A stretch of 64,000 nucleotides of DNA from Octopus bimaculoides (taxonomy: Eukaryota), in NCBI RefSeq assembly GCF_001194135.2, contig NC_068995.1, forward strand, positions 29,051,472 through 29,115,471, given 5' to 3'. Below, piece after piece: positions 25,861 through 38,035 of this stretch. The position numbers and the translations under genes are program-made. The notes beneath the pieces were generated by a model. The model was not told the DNA's origin. It made no database searches and saw only the letters and a program-made list of their open reading frames with translations. How positions within the stretch are numbered: position 1 is the stretch's first letter; the number at the start of each line of letters is the position of its first letter.

Positions 25861-26999
25861 NNNNNNNNNNNNNNNNNNNNNNNNNNNNNNNNNNNNNNNN
25901 NNNNNNNNNNNNNNNNNNNNNNNNNNNNNNNNNNNNNNNNNNNNNNNNNNNNNNNNNNNNNNNNNNNNNNNNNNNNNNNNNNNNNNNNNNNNNNNNNNNN
26001 NNNNNNNNNNNNNNNNNNNNNNNNNNNNNNNNNNNNNNNNNNNNNNNNNNNNNNNNNNNNNNNNNNNNNNNNNNNNNNNNNNNNNNNNNNNNNNNNNNNN
26101 NNNNNNNNNNNNNNNNNNNNNNNNNNNNNNNNNNNNNNNNNNNNNNNNNNNNNNNNNNNNNNNNNNNNNNNNNNNNNNNNNNNNNNNNNNNNNNNNNNNN
26201 NNNNNNNNNNNNNNNNNNNNNNNNNNNNNNNNNNNNNNNNNNNNNNNNNNNNNNNNNNNNNNNNNNNNNNNNNNNNNNNNNNNNNNNNNNNNNNNNNNNN
26301 NNNNNNNNNNNNNNNNNNNNNNNNNNNNNNNNNNNNNNNNNNNNNNNNNNNNNNNNNNNNNNNNNNNNNNNNNNNNNNNNNNNNNNNNNNNNNNNNNNNN
26401 NNNNNNNNNNNNNNNNNNNNNNNNNNNNNNNNNNNNNNNNNNNNNNNNNNNNNNNNNNNNNNNNNNNNNNNNNNNNNNNNNNNNNNNNNNNNNNNNNNNN
26501 NNNNNNNNNNNNNNNNNNNNNNNNNNNNNNNNNNNNNNNNNNNNNNNNNNNNNNNNNNNNNNNNNNNNNNNNNNNNNNNNNNNNNNNNNNNNNNNNNNNN
26601 NNNNNNNNNNNNNNNNNNNNNNNNNNNNNNNNNNNNNNNNNNNNNNNNNNNNNNNNNNNNNNNNNNNNNNNNNNNNNNNNNNNNNNNNNNNNNNNNNNNN
26701 NNNNNNNNNNNNNNNNNNNNNNNNNNNNNNNNNNNNNNNNNNNNNNNNNNNNNNNNNAGAGAAATTTTCAAAAAGTTAAGATTAAGAGAAATACTTTTTA
26801 GTGAGTAAAATGGTACTAACATTTAGGAAGGAATTTCAGAAATTATGTGTAGGCTTTAATAAATGTACAAGCGCTTCCAATTCTCAACGTTATCAAGCAT
26901 GTGTTATGGCTATTGTATATAGCGGAAGTTGTTTTAGGTAAAGTTGTTGATTATTTCCGGTTTAGTTTCGGATTCAGAAACATAAAATATTCGTCTTTT

Positions 27000-27780
27000 G
27001 CCTTTCGAATTATGTCGTTTCCTTCATTTATTTTATAAAAGGGAGATTACTGTGAATTTTCCTTGTGCACAGGTGTCTAAGTGGTTGTTGCATGGGATGT
27101 TTTATTTGATGTCTAAGCACATTTATACGATTGGTTAATTTTGTTTTTCTTTCTCCAACATAGTTTTCATTGCATCGTGGGCATGTGATACAGTATATCA
27201 GATTTTTTGATATCGCACTCCATATTTGCATTTACCTTAAATTCCCATTGTTGAATTTTTTGGTTGATCCCAGTTCGATTAATTCGCATGTCCCATATCG
27301 AGTGTCTCCACACTTGGTTACTTGCATGGTTTCTTTCCATAGAAGTTACTGGTGTTTACTTCAAATTTAGTAAGGTAATCTAATTCTTTTATTGTAAGCT
27401 CATTTTGATATGTGCTTGTAAGTTCACTAATCTTATGCAATATACACCTATCCAGCTTATTTTGTAATTTTTTGTAGAAACGTTGGTCATTTAGATGTTT
27501 AAGAACCATTTCTCTATAATGGGATATGTCCATTATGATAGTTGCCCCTCCTTTGTTCGCCTCTTTAATAATTATTGAGTGATCCTTTTGTAAAGATTCC
27601 AAAGCTTCTTCTTCATGCGTGATATTTGATTTTACATGGCTCACAGAATCATTATCTATTCCTTTAAGTATCTGTTTTTGTTTCATACCTCCAGCAAACA
27701 AACAGAGCCCTTTAGCTCTTATTTCTAGCAGTGTAGGTGTTCTAAAATCCTCAATTATATCTGATGACAATTATTGTTTT
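27000..27780 (-). mobile_element. Penelope-like element fragment (pre-RT region fused by deletion to GIY-YIG)
   Basis: IIIKEANKGGATIIMD..KHLNDQRFY and SKNLIYCITCPRCNENYVGE (GIY-YIG). Confidence 0.8.
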
Positions 27781-28160
27781 CCTTTTTGCTGAAACACTGC
27801 TAACTAGCTGCCTCATTTATATATTTTTATACACATTAGCGATTCGCTAAATATCCATAAATTTTTATGGAATAAACATACATGCTCGTGGCGATGTTTG
27901 TCCAGAATCTGGCGATTTGTGCCGTCTGTTCTGATGAGGATTTCAGTCTAAAGTTGACATCGTACGATAAAGAGATATCATGATCGTCACGTTCCGGTCA
28001 TTTAAGGTCGCAGCCAGCATGTAACTATACAATTTACAGCAGAAACAGACCACTTCAGCTCTTATTTCTAGCAGTGCAGGTGCTCTAACACCTTCAATCA
28101 TATTTGATGACAATTATTGTTTTCCGTATTGGTGAAATCCTGCTAACTAGCCTCCTCACT
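27711..28160 (+). repeat. Roughly 110-bp imperfect direct repeat at the PLE boundary
   Basis: AGCTCTTATTTCTAGCAGTG...GCTAACTAGC at about 27711-27815 and 28056-28160. Confidence 0.8.
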
Positions 28161-28185
28161 TAAGTATATGAATATAAGTGTATAC

Positions 28186-28187
<2 letters not shown>

Positions 28188-28257
<70 letters not shown>

Positions 28258-28282
28258 GTCTATCTATCTATCTATCTATCTA
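28188..28282. repeat. (TATC)n microsatellite
   Basis: Direct observation. Confidence 0.95.
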
Positions 28283-28949
28283 TATGTGTGTGTGTGTGTG
28301 TGCATATATGTATGTATTTATATGTGTATGTGTGNNNNNNNNNNNNNNNNNNNNNNNNNNNNNNNNNNNNNNNNNNNNNNNNNNNNNNNNNNNNNNNNNN
28401 NNNNNNNNNNNNNNNNNNNNNNNNNNNNNNNNNNNNNNNNNNNNNNNNNNNNNNNNNNNNNNNNNNNNNNNNNNNNNNNNNNNNNNNNNNNNNNNNNNNN
28501 NGGACAAACGAAAGAAAGGCACGCAACAAATTTATTGGGAGCTACATGTATGGATCAAAACAGTTTGATTCAAATTCGTTGGTACTCTTGAGTTTCAAGA
28601 GCAATGCTAGTCGTCAGCCATTTTGAATTTTAATGACAGAAATTGATTGTTATTACAGTAAGGTTGGATACGATTAGTGGAGGAAGGTCACGTGGTGTCG
28701 TGCTTTGATGCTGGTATATGGGTAACAGTTAGTTGGAAGATACCGCATGGTGAAAAGGAAATTGACCACCTGGAGGACAAGAAATAAACAACGTGGCAGA
28801 TAGGAAGTCGGCCAGGTTTTTGGGGGTGGGAATAGGAAGGGGCAGCATGTGCAAGTATATAGTTCTATATGTGCCGATGCGCTCATATAGTTCTGTGTGC
28901 ATTGTGATGCGAGTGTGTGCATCTGTGCATAGGCACGCACGCGCACGTC

Positions 28950-29545
28950 TTCACATACACACACACACTTGAACGAATACGCACACACATACACGCGCAC
29001 ACACACAAATTTACACACATTCACGCATACACACACATGCGTATTCATTCGTATGCACACGTGTATATCCGCATGCATGTATGCATGCATACCAGTGTTC
29101 GCGCACGCACGCATGCGCCTGTACGTGTGTATTCGCGCACGTGTGTGAATATACACGCACCAGACAAGCGTTGGGGATTGGTAAGCGTTGGGAATTGATT
29201 AGCGTTGTGGGTTGGTATGCGTTGGCGGTTGGTAAACGTTGGGGATTGGTAACTGGTGGTCCTACTCATGGGGTTGGTTGGTAGCGGTGACCTTGGTGCA
29301 GGCGGTGCAAAGTAACAGCTGGTGCTAAGGTGGTATATCCCGGTCATAGGCAGTTAGATACCTGCAATTTGCCAGAAGGGCAAATACGACAGCAATACGA
29401 TAAATCATATTTCTTGTTGATAGATACTGAGTGTTGTTGGAGGATGTGCAGTTTTTCGTGGAGGAAGAGCTGGCAGTTGGGAGCGCCGAGTGAATATGGT
29501 GGTGCTCTGTCGACAATAGTCCACTTGATTCTGGTCATGTTATCT
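28950..29545 (-). mobile_element. Penelope-like element 3' end (GIY-YIG C-terminus plus tail)
   Basis: IKWTIVDRAPPYSLGAPNCQLFLHEKLHIL; inverted homologue of 30070-30590. Confidence 0.75.
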
Positions 29546-29559
29546 CGGAGATCATAGAG

Positions 29560-30590
29560 TATCCAGAGAAAACTAGACAGAGAAGTTCGATGTCTCTATG
29601 GGAAGCTTTGACGAGGCTGAAATCGCCGAGCTCATCGGGTTATACATCTTGAATACCCTCAACAGACGTATCCACCCACATAAGTCGGCCCTCTATAGGG
29701 ACAACGGCCTGGCTATCTCAAGCCATATGAATCGTCACACCATGGACAGGTTCAGGAAGGACTTGATAAAAATATTTAATGAGCTCAGCCTGTCCACCAA
29801 CTTGACTACGTTCGGTTTATTGGACGTGACCTTAAACCTGAGTACGGGCAAGTATTACCCCTACAAGAAGCCTAACGAGGATATAGTATACATACACAAG
29901 CGTTCAAAGCGGGTTTACTGACAAGCTCACGTATACAGGTAACTCTCAAACACCCTCTCCTCACCCCCAAAAGGATTATGAGAAGGAAAATTATATAGTA
30001 TAACCACACTTTGAACCTAGAAGTTTCCACCAACGTACCTAGGGGCTTCTTGTCGCTAATTAAGAAACACTGCCTGCTCTGTCTCCTCGAAAAACTGCAT
30101 ACCCTCCAGCAACACGCAGTATCCATCAACAAGAAATATGATTTATCGTATTACTGTCACTAGAGGTATGCCTTTCTGGCAAACTTCAGGCCTCTAACTG
30201 CCTACGACCGGGATATACTACCTTAGAACCAGCTGCTATTCTGCACCGTCTGCTCCGAGATCATTGCTACCAATCAACCTCATGAGCAGGACCGCCAATT
30301 ACCAATCCCCAACGTTTACCAACCCGCCAACGCATACCAATCCCCAACACTTACCAATCCCCAACGCTTGTTTTGCGCATGTATACTCACGCACGCGCGC
30401 GCATGCATATGTGCGCGCGCATGGGTGTGTGCTCGCACACTCGTATTCATGCGTACATGCATGCAAATATACATATGTACACATGAGTGAATACGCATGT
30501 GTGTGTGTGTATGCGTGTATGTGTGTGCATTTGTGCGTATGCGCATGTATGTGTGTGCGCGCGCGTTTGTCCAAGTGTATGTGTGTGTTC
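29560..30590 (+). mobile_element. Penelope-like element: RT remnant, GIY-YIG end and tail
   Basis: MGSFDEAEIAELIGLYIL..LYRDNGL (YRDDGL-like)..LLDVTLNLSTGKYYPYKKPN, then CLLCLLEKLH. Confidence 0.85.
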
Positions 30591-32109
30591 CAACGTATAA
30601 GAGAATATAGTTTCATAAACAAAATGAATATGTGTGTTGAATTTGTATAAATGTTATAATATAGTACATGAACATTGCTCTTTTCTATGGACTTTCAGGC
30701 TAAATAGAACATTCTTTCGATGAAGCGATTCGAATGAAGTTTTATCTCATAACTGGCAATTTTATTTAGGTGTTCTTTATCTGAAGAAAAGTGTTGTCAA
30801 TTTCCGTTTAGGTATGTATACGCATGGTGAAATGTCAGCAGAAGACGATGTAGAGTAGAAGGCACCTAAATATAAACACACATTGGTGTGTATACATGGG
30901 TGCACATGTGTGTGTGTGTGTGTGTGCACAGACGCAAATTTTTTAGTCATAAAGACTGTAAGGATATTTCTTGCCGATAAGACCATTCGCAGTAAAGTGA
31001 GATAATGTTGTAAATCTGCTTAACGCAGTTTATTGCTGTTGTTTTGTTTTATGGAATCAAAATGTTTGAAAGGATAAGTGAAGATATTCTGACGGAGAAA
31101 CGAAGTTTTGTATAATATCCATATCTAGTTTCTTTAGCGTTCACATTTGAGATCTGCGAAAAAATATAATGGAATTAGATACTGTTATCTCTTCACATCA
31201 CTATGAACTTTGAAAGTAAACCTCAGTGCGAATTATAGTTATCTATTTTTACTCTGCAAACGCCAATGCGATGATATACCTACAAATGTGTAGGATGGGT
31301 GGATGTAAGTGACGAAAAACATTTCCCTCAAAACAGCTCAGAAAAATAAACTCTTTAGTATGTTCGTATATACAATGTTGGCAAATATTGATTTAACCTT
31401 GCTCTTGCATTACACAGACAGCACATTAGAAACATGGCTCATCTTATCAAAATGCCAAGAGTTACATAAGAAAAAATAAACATTAATTTTGCCATCATTA
31501 AAATAGCATTATAATTTAATGGGCTAGACAGTGAGAAGAGATGAAACATATGCAGCGATGTTGGTCGAGATATTTCCTTTGAAACTCTTCTAAAAATAGC
31601 TTCAAACAATTTAATATATATTTGTGCTATACAAGATTTTATACTGATGCATTCTTCAATTTTCATTGCTGAGAAAATCTATGTCAAGATATAGAAAATG
31701 TCATGAAAGATGCCTGAGTTTGCTAGATAAGTTGTGAGTTGCATATTAGGAGTTGCTACCAAAGAGCCCCAACTGTTTCTCTATGAATAAACAACAAATT
31801 CTAATTTATCCCCCACTATAATTAAATACTAACTCACATAAAATAGAGGGAGGCCTATATTTTTCAGAATCGCCGAGTTGGATGGGAGAAAGAGGGAGAT
31901 TATCCCTAACCGGAGAGCTGGCTCAAATGCTTGCAATCACGTGAACTCGACTAAAGGTACCCAGTGATGAACAGGGATTATTAGACCGGATGACAGATGA
32001 AGCCTACTACAAAAGAACACAGAGCGTAAAGAGCTGGAATAAATACTGCAAGAAAGCCTCACGGACGCTCTAATAATTTTGTCAACCTACCGCTTCTCGG
32101 CTGGAACTT

Positions 32110-32235
32110 CAGTTTATCGACACCGTAAGAATAAATGACAGGGTTGGCTTTGACAGGATCTGAACTTAGCATACAAAGAAGCACAAGAAATACTGCAAAA
32201 CAATTTGTCCTATGTTCTAACAACTTTGCCAGGCT
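32110..32235 (-). mobile_element. Old SINE family B remnant
   Basis: Weak match to TTTATCGAC..GAACT..AAATACTGC..CTAACAACTTTGCCAG. Confidence 0.4.
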
Positions 32236-32987
32236 TGGAAAATGGGTGCAATTTCATAATCGCCACTCTTCAATAGATACCACAGTTAAATCAATCAGGA
32301 ATAGTTAAGATTAAAATTCGAATATATATATATATACTCTCTCTTTCCTTTCCTGAGCGTCCAATAATACNNNNNNNNNNATATATATATATATATGTGT
32401 GTGTATGTGCGTGTGTGCGTGTGTTTGTGTGTACACACGCACACACACATGTATGCACATGCTTGTGGAATGGACAGAAGTACACAAGTGCATATGACAC
32501 TTCCCTTTCTGAACTTCAAAGTTTGCTGCAACGAGGCAGGTATCCAGTCGACATAGGCAATTTAAATGCAGCCCTAATACAGACTACATACACATATGTA
32601 CGTAGCTACACATGTTTGAGCAATAAATTGTATTCAATTGGATTGCTGCTTCGAAGACAGATTTTAATGTTTTCGAATAACATTGATCAATTTAGCTACT
32701 GACTCTTGAAAGCCTATTGTACGTGGCTCCACTAAAATCCCCGTTATATAAATTTACTAGTATTTCTTTTAAACGAGATAAATCTTTTGATTCATTACAT
32801 CTGTCACACGGACGCTAATTCATTTCTTATCACTGCTGCTGTAGCTACTAATACTACAGCGACCACTGACATTAGTCTTCTTTTTTTTGTTTTATTTTTT
32901 TGTTTTGTCTTATTCATTCTCTTTATGCATATATTTGTTTTTATTTATTGAAAATCATCCTATTACTGCCAGGCTAAAGAACCAAAA

Positions 32988-33019
<32 letters not shown>

Positions 33020-33727
33020 GTATATCCGTATGCATATGCATATATGTATGTATTTATAAAGAGAAAGAAGAAAGATAAGGAAGAGAGGTAAAAAAAAAAG
33101 GGGGAAAAAGAAAAAAAAAGCAGAAAGAAGAAATAACGTAACTATTTAATTTACCATTATTCCCCCATGTCTCTCTCTATATTTTGCAACACTCGCTGAA
33201 GACTACGCTAGCATATGTCATTCAGAAAAGTATTATTTAGATTCTGGCCTGTCTTTTTCTTTTCATTTATTTCTCTTTTTTCTTCTAATATTGTTGGAGC
33301 ACATTAACTCTGAGCACATATCCACTCAGTGATGAATATCACAGAATATTACTCTAATTCTATTTTAATTTAACTCCATCGGAGTCGACGATACATATTT
33401 GGTTGTTCGATCAACTGCTCGTTGAATTAGCGAGTAAGTGACTGAACATTAAGCCAGCATGAGATAGCGTGTCAAGCTGGGACATTAAAATGAAAGTGGA
33501 ATCTAGAACTTCTACAGAGTTTTTGTATTTACAATTTCCTTCACAAGACTCGGATGGATCCGAGAGTATGGTAAAATACAAGGCAGTGGAATAGAAGTCG
33601 AGAACTCATGATAGCGAAGCGAACTTTGTAATCATTCGGCCATGCTACGACTGTTTACTGCGTGCGTTATAACATCGACTCATATTTCTTCTTCTACACA
33701 ATACTTGCCGCACTGTTATTGTTAGCA

Positions 33728-33930
33728 TGCAGAATCATTAGCACGCCGGGAAAAATGCTTAGCGGCTTTTCGTCCGTCTTTATGTTCTGAGTTCAAATTC
33801 CACCGAGGTCGACTTTGCCTTTTATCTTTTCGGGATGGATAGATTAAGTACCATTGAAACACTGGGGTTAACACAATAGACTATCCCCCTCCCCCAAAAT
33901 CTCAGGCCTTGAGTCAACAGTAGAAAGATT
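33728..33930 (+). mobile_element. SINE family B
   Basis: A-box-like head, B-box GAGTTCAAATTCC, core GTCGACTTTGCCTTT resembling the Meta domain (recalled, unverified). Confidence 0.85.
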
Positions 33931-33949
33931 ATCATTGATGCTACTGAAG

Positions 33950-34185
33950 ACAGCAAGCCGGCAGAATCGTTAACACGCTGGGGAAAATGCTTAGCGGCGT
34001 TTCGTTCGTCTTTACGTCCTGAGTTCAAATTCCGCCGAGGTCGATTTTGCCGTTCATCCTTTTGGGGTCGATGAAATAAGTACCAGTTATGCACTGGAGT
34101 CGATGTAACCGACAAGCGCTCTTCCACAAAATTTCAGGCCTTGTGCCTTTAGTAGAAATGATTATTACTTTAGTAGAAAGGATTA
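33950..34185 (+). mobile_element. SINE family B, second copy in tandem
   Basis: Full head, core and tail CAGGCCTTGTGCCTTTAGTAGAAA. Confidence 0.85.
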
Positions 34186-34186
34186 T

Positions 34187-34227
34187 TGTGAGTGCCTACA
34201 ACATCTGAGATGTTGTAGGCACTCACA
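34187..34227. repeat. Perfect 20-bp palindrome with 1-nt spacer
   Basis: TGTGAGTGCCTACAACATCT-G-AGATGTTGTAGGCACTCACA. Confidence 0.95.
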
Positions 34228-34917
34228 GCCCTCTACTACTCGGGCAAATGCAGTAAGTGAAAGTTCACTTTAGCCTTCTACAGAGAGGATTACTGGTGAG
34301 AACATCGACAACATTGTCGGAAAAATTTCGGGTGCTGATGGTAAAGTGTTAGCAGGTTTATTCCGGAGAACTTTCAACCAAGAACAATAGAAAACTTCCC
34401 GACATCTCCAGCCTAACAGGGATAATGAGGGGCATTGTCAGTTTGGAACAACGGAAATGGTGTCAGACTGGCTTGTCTTTCATGAATACATAGCAAAGCA
34501 ACCATTCCATACGAATTTCTCTAGTGTCCGAATATTGTTGATTTATGGAATTCCGGCCGACTCTTTCATGAATATCACGGCGTTGCCTTAGCTGAGAATT
34601 GTAGGCAGAAAATTTCCCTCTTTGGTGAAGCCCCCGTCCTAGTTTTCTTTTCACTTGAAAAGGGAGATAAGGTAGGAGCGCCCTCACCCCATTAAATTTG
34701 TTGAAAGGTGAGTGAGAATAATGTAAGTAGTAAAGAGTGAACATGTCTACTCTTAGCACGCTCATGTAGGCTGGAAATATAAGATTTCGATTGGACACTT
34801 ATTTTTGATGACTTTGGCGATCAGGGTGCAAAACTTGTAGGTGTCTACATTTCTCCAATAAAGAAAATATTGTCTGTCATCCTTTCGAGGTTGATAAAAT
34901 ATTTACCTGGTAAATAA

Positions 34918-35116
34918 TGGTTTCAAATGTTGGCACAAGGCCAGCATGTTCGGGTCGGGGTTGTGAGTCCATTACATAGACCTCAGTGCTCACCTGGAAC
35001 TTATTTTATCGAGCCGGAAAGGATGAAAGGCAAAGTCGACTTCAGAAGAATTTGAACTCAGAACACGAAGACAGAGGAAGTGCTGCTAAACATTTTCCGC
35101 AGCGTGCTAACGATTC
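34918..35116 (-). mobile_element. SINE family B lacking its extreme 5' end
   Basis: GGCACAAGGCC...GAAAGGATGAAAGGCAAAGTCGAC...GCGTGCTAACGATTC. Confidence 0.85.
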
Positions 35117-35328
35117 TTTTCTATTCTAGGCACAAGGCCTGAAATTTTGGGGGAGGGGCCCAGTCGATTAGATCGACCTCAGTACGCAACTGGTACTTAA
35201 TTTATCGACTCCGAAAGGATGAACGGCAAAGTTGACCGCGGCGGAATTTGAACTCAGAGCATAAAGACAGACGAAATACCGCTAAGCATTTCGCCCGGCG
35301 TGCTAACGATTCTGCCAGCTCGCTGCCT
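35117..35328 (-). mobile_element. SINE family B, near full length
   Basis: Abuts the previous copy head-to-tail; intact head GGCAGCGAGCTGGCAGAATCGTTAGCACGCCGG. Confidence 0.9.
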
Positions 35329-36236
35329 TCAAGACACCAGTTAAATAAAGAGGTCGATTGTATCAACTACCCCGCTTGGGCCTAAATTAGAAACCATTGT
35401 TGTTGCTGTTGTTATTAAGTCGGTGCATCGGCAGAATCATTAAACGGTCGGGCTAAATAACTTGCAGTTTTTACTAAGTGCTTCTTACATTCTGGGTTCA
35501 AACAACGCTGCATTTTTACTTCTTGATATTTACATTTTTTCTTACTTTTTTTTTTTTTTTACTTCCTGATTATCAGCAAATTAAATTAATCAAGTGCTCG
35601 GATATGTTTAATCGACAAAACCTTCCTCGCAAAGTGTATGGATTTGGATAACTGTTATAAACTATTAATATTAACATTTGTGTCACTGCTAATCTACTAT
35701 ACCGCGGAGTGTACTTCACAGTAGATCAAACGATTGCTGAGGAGAATGTAATGACATTTGCCACAATAGTCAAGTCGATCATTCTTTTACTGTCCACAGT
35801 TAGCTAATATAAACATTACGACTACCTAATGATTTAATTATTTTATAAATGTGGTGATCACTAAAATCTATAGATTTGCCTTATTATAAAGTTTAGCATG
35901 AACTGTAATCCCCACTTTCGGATCAGTTATCTGATTTACTTATATGTCCTTTCACGCTGGTTTTGAATACAAAGGCACACTGGTCAGTTAGAAGCAGGAT
36001 AAGCGATTGCTGAAGCGAGTGCAATTAATGAGATTGGTAGCTGAAGTCTAGTCTACCCCCTATTTTCGCTGCGAAATCGTACAGGCATCATAGGCAACTC
36101 TCTAATGTGTCTAACAAATTTAATTAATTCAGAAATTCCATGACGGTTAAAAATTATGCATTTACTCCCATTGTAAAGTTTCGTGAATTTAGTTAAGTTT
36201 AGTGTGAAAAGTAAAAAATTAGGGATACGTTAGTAA

Positions 36237-36267
<31 letters not shown>

Positions 36268-36439
36268 CATACATAGATACAGACAGACAGACAAACAGAT
36301 AAATAGACAGATATATCAACATTTTTCACCTATCACACTATGTTTGTATAATTTGTTCTACCCAACACCTTTTTAAAGGCCCCTGTTTAAATTATTTTGT
36401 AATTTCTATCACTTCAGCTATTGTGACTAATAAGAAAAA

Positions 36440-36474
<35 letters not shown>

Positions 36475-36485
36475 CACCATCATCA

Positions 36486-36710
36486 GAGCGGCGAGCTGGC
36501 AGAATCGTTAGCACGCCGGGCGAATTGCTCCGCGGCATTTCGTCTGTCTTTATGTTCTGAGTTCACGTTTTGCGAAGATTCACCTTTGCTTTTAATCTTT
36601 TTGGGGTCGATAAAATAAGTACCAGTTTAGCGCTAGGGGTCAATGTAATCAACATACCCACTCGCTTGAAATCGCTGTTCTTGTGCCAAAATTTGAAACC
36701 AATGTTATCA
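36486..36710 (+). mobile_element. SINE family B flanked by (TTA)n
   Basis: Full head, core and tail; TTA array at 36440-36472 upstream. Confidence 0.85.
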
Positions 36711-37683
36711 TTTAATAAATAAAGAATTATTATTATTTACTTATTATGATTGCCAATTTTATAATTCATAATGCTAATCATAATAAAATCGCTATCGTAA
36801 TTAAAAGTAATTTCTTTTTTTTCCCCCCAAAACTAACCTACATTTGAACACTATAATTCATTATTTTAAATATAAACAATATATTCTGTGGTGGTTTCAT
36901 ATATTTGCATGTCTATTTTTCTGTCTGTCTTTCCAGTTATATTTATGTAAATGTATGTGTGTTCGTATGAATGAATATATGTATGCGCGCGCACATGTAT
37001 AAGCTGCTTTTATGCACATACTCAGATTCATGACAACTGGGATAAATAAAAAGCTAATCTACTACTAAAAATAAAAATAAAAATGGTTTAAGCAAGTATA
37101 AAAATATAATCCTAGAATATTGCTTATCAGTTCCAAACATTCTACCGTACAGGCGAAAAGAAAAGGGTTAAAATTTCTCTCCAACTGCCACTCTTCCTAG
37201 TTCACACACAAACACACATACTTGTGGAACGCTACCTTTAACTTTCCTTCAATAAATAATAAATATGGCAATCTTTGCTTTGGCAAGCCAGAGACAGATT
37301 TACGACTGTTGCCACAACAGCTCTTGCTGTTGTCTCTAATTTATGTAGCAGAGACTTTAACCGTTATTGTAGTCTGTGTTTTAACATTTTTACATCACCG
37401 CTTGTACCGAGACTAATTTTTTTATACAAGCTTTATTGTTAACGTACACTTGTGATTTTTTTTCCCCAGAAACAAATGGGTTGCATTAAATCCTAAACAA
37501 ATTGTTATTGCAATTGTTGTTGTTTCTGCTGCATACTTTATTTATTTATTTATATATTTTTTCTTTCAATTGGGTTATTGTATGTGTTGGTTCTGTGGTG
37601 AATTATAAAACTTCGAAGTGAATGTACGTACATGCATAACTACATACGCACACATAGATGCATGTATACAAACACGCACTCAC

Positions 37684-38035
37684 ACCCTGCTTGTAATCAT
37701 GAACATAGACATTTCAGTTATGTCGATTTGACCTCTGTATATAAATGTACGAGTGTGCGGGCGGGTGCGCACAGGGAAGAAATTCCAGAAGGCAGTCATT
37801 CTCGGGAGAAAGGACTGGAGGTTGTTGTTATTATTGCTGTTACTGTTGATGATGTTATTGTTACTTTTGTAACCTGGAGGCAAATCTTTATCGGTTCGAA
37901 TCAGCTTTACTAAAGTTCTGTTACTAATGGTTTCAAATTTTGACACTTTTCTTCCTTTCTTTGATGTTGCTCAGCTTCCGTTGTTATCTCTAGTACCTCT
38001 TTTGTTGAGAGTTTCTCCATTTGTTGTCATATTCT
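37684..38035 (-). other. Exon-like segment with poly-Asn frame interrupted by one TGA
   Basis: AG acceptor at 38036-38037, GGT|GTGAGT donor; frame NMTTNGETLNKRGTRDNNGS*ATSKKGRKV..KSNNNIINSNSNNNNNLQSFLPRM.. Confidence 0.25.

Noticed and set aside
29160-29260. 17-mer repeats with short variable gaps, superficially CRISPR-like
   Set aside because: Eukaryotic minisatellite in a PLE tail; no unique spacers of constant length and no cas genes
31868-32070. Protein-like plus-strand frame (..DEQGLLDRMTDEAYYKRTQ..)
   Set aside because: Interrupted by a stop, no recognisable family and no phase-compatible neighbours
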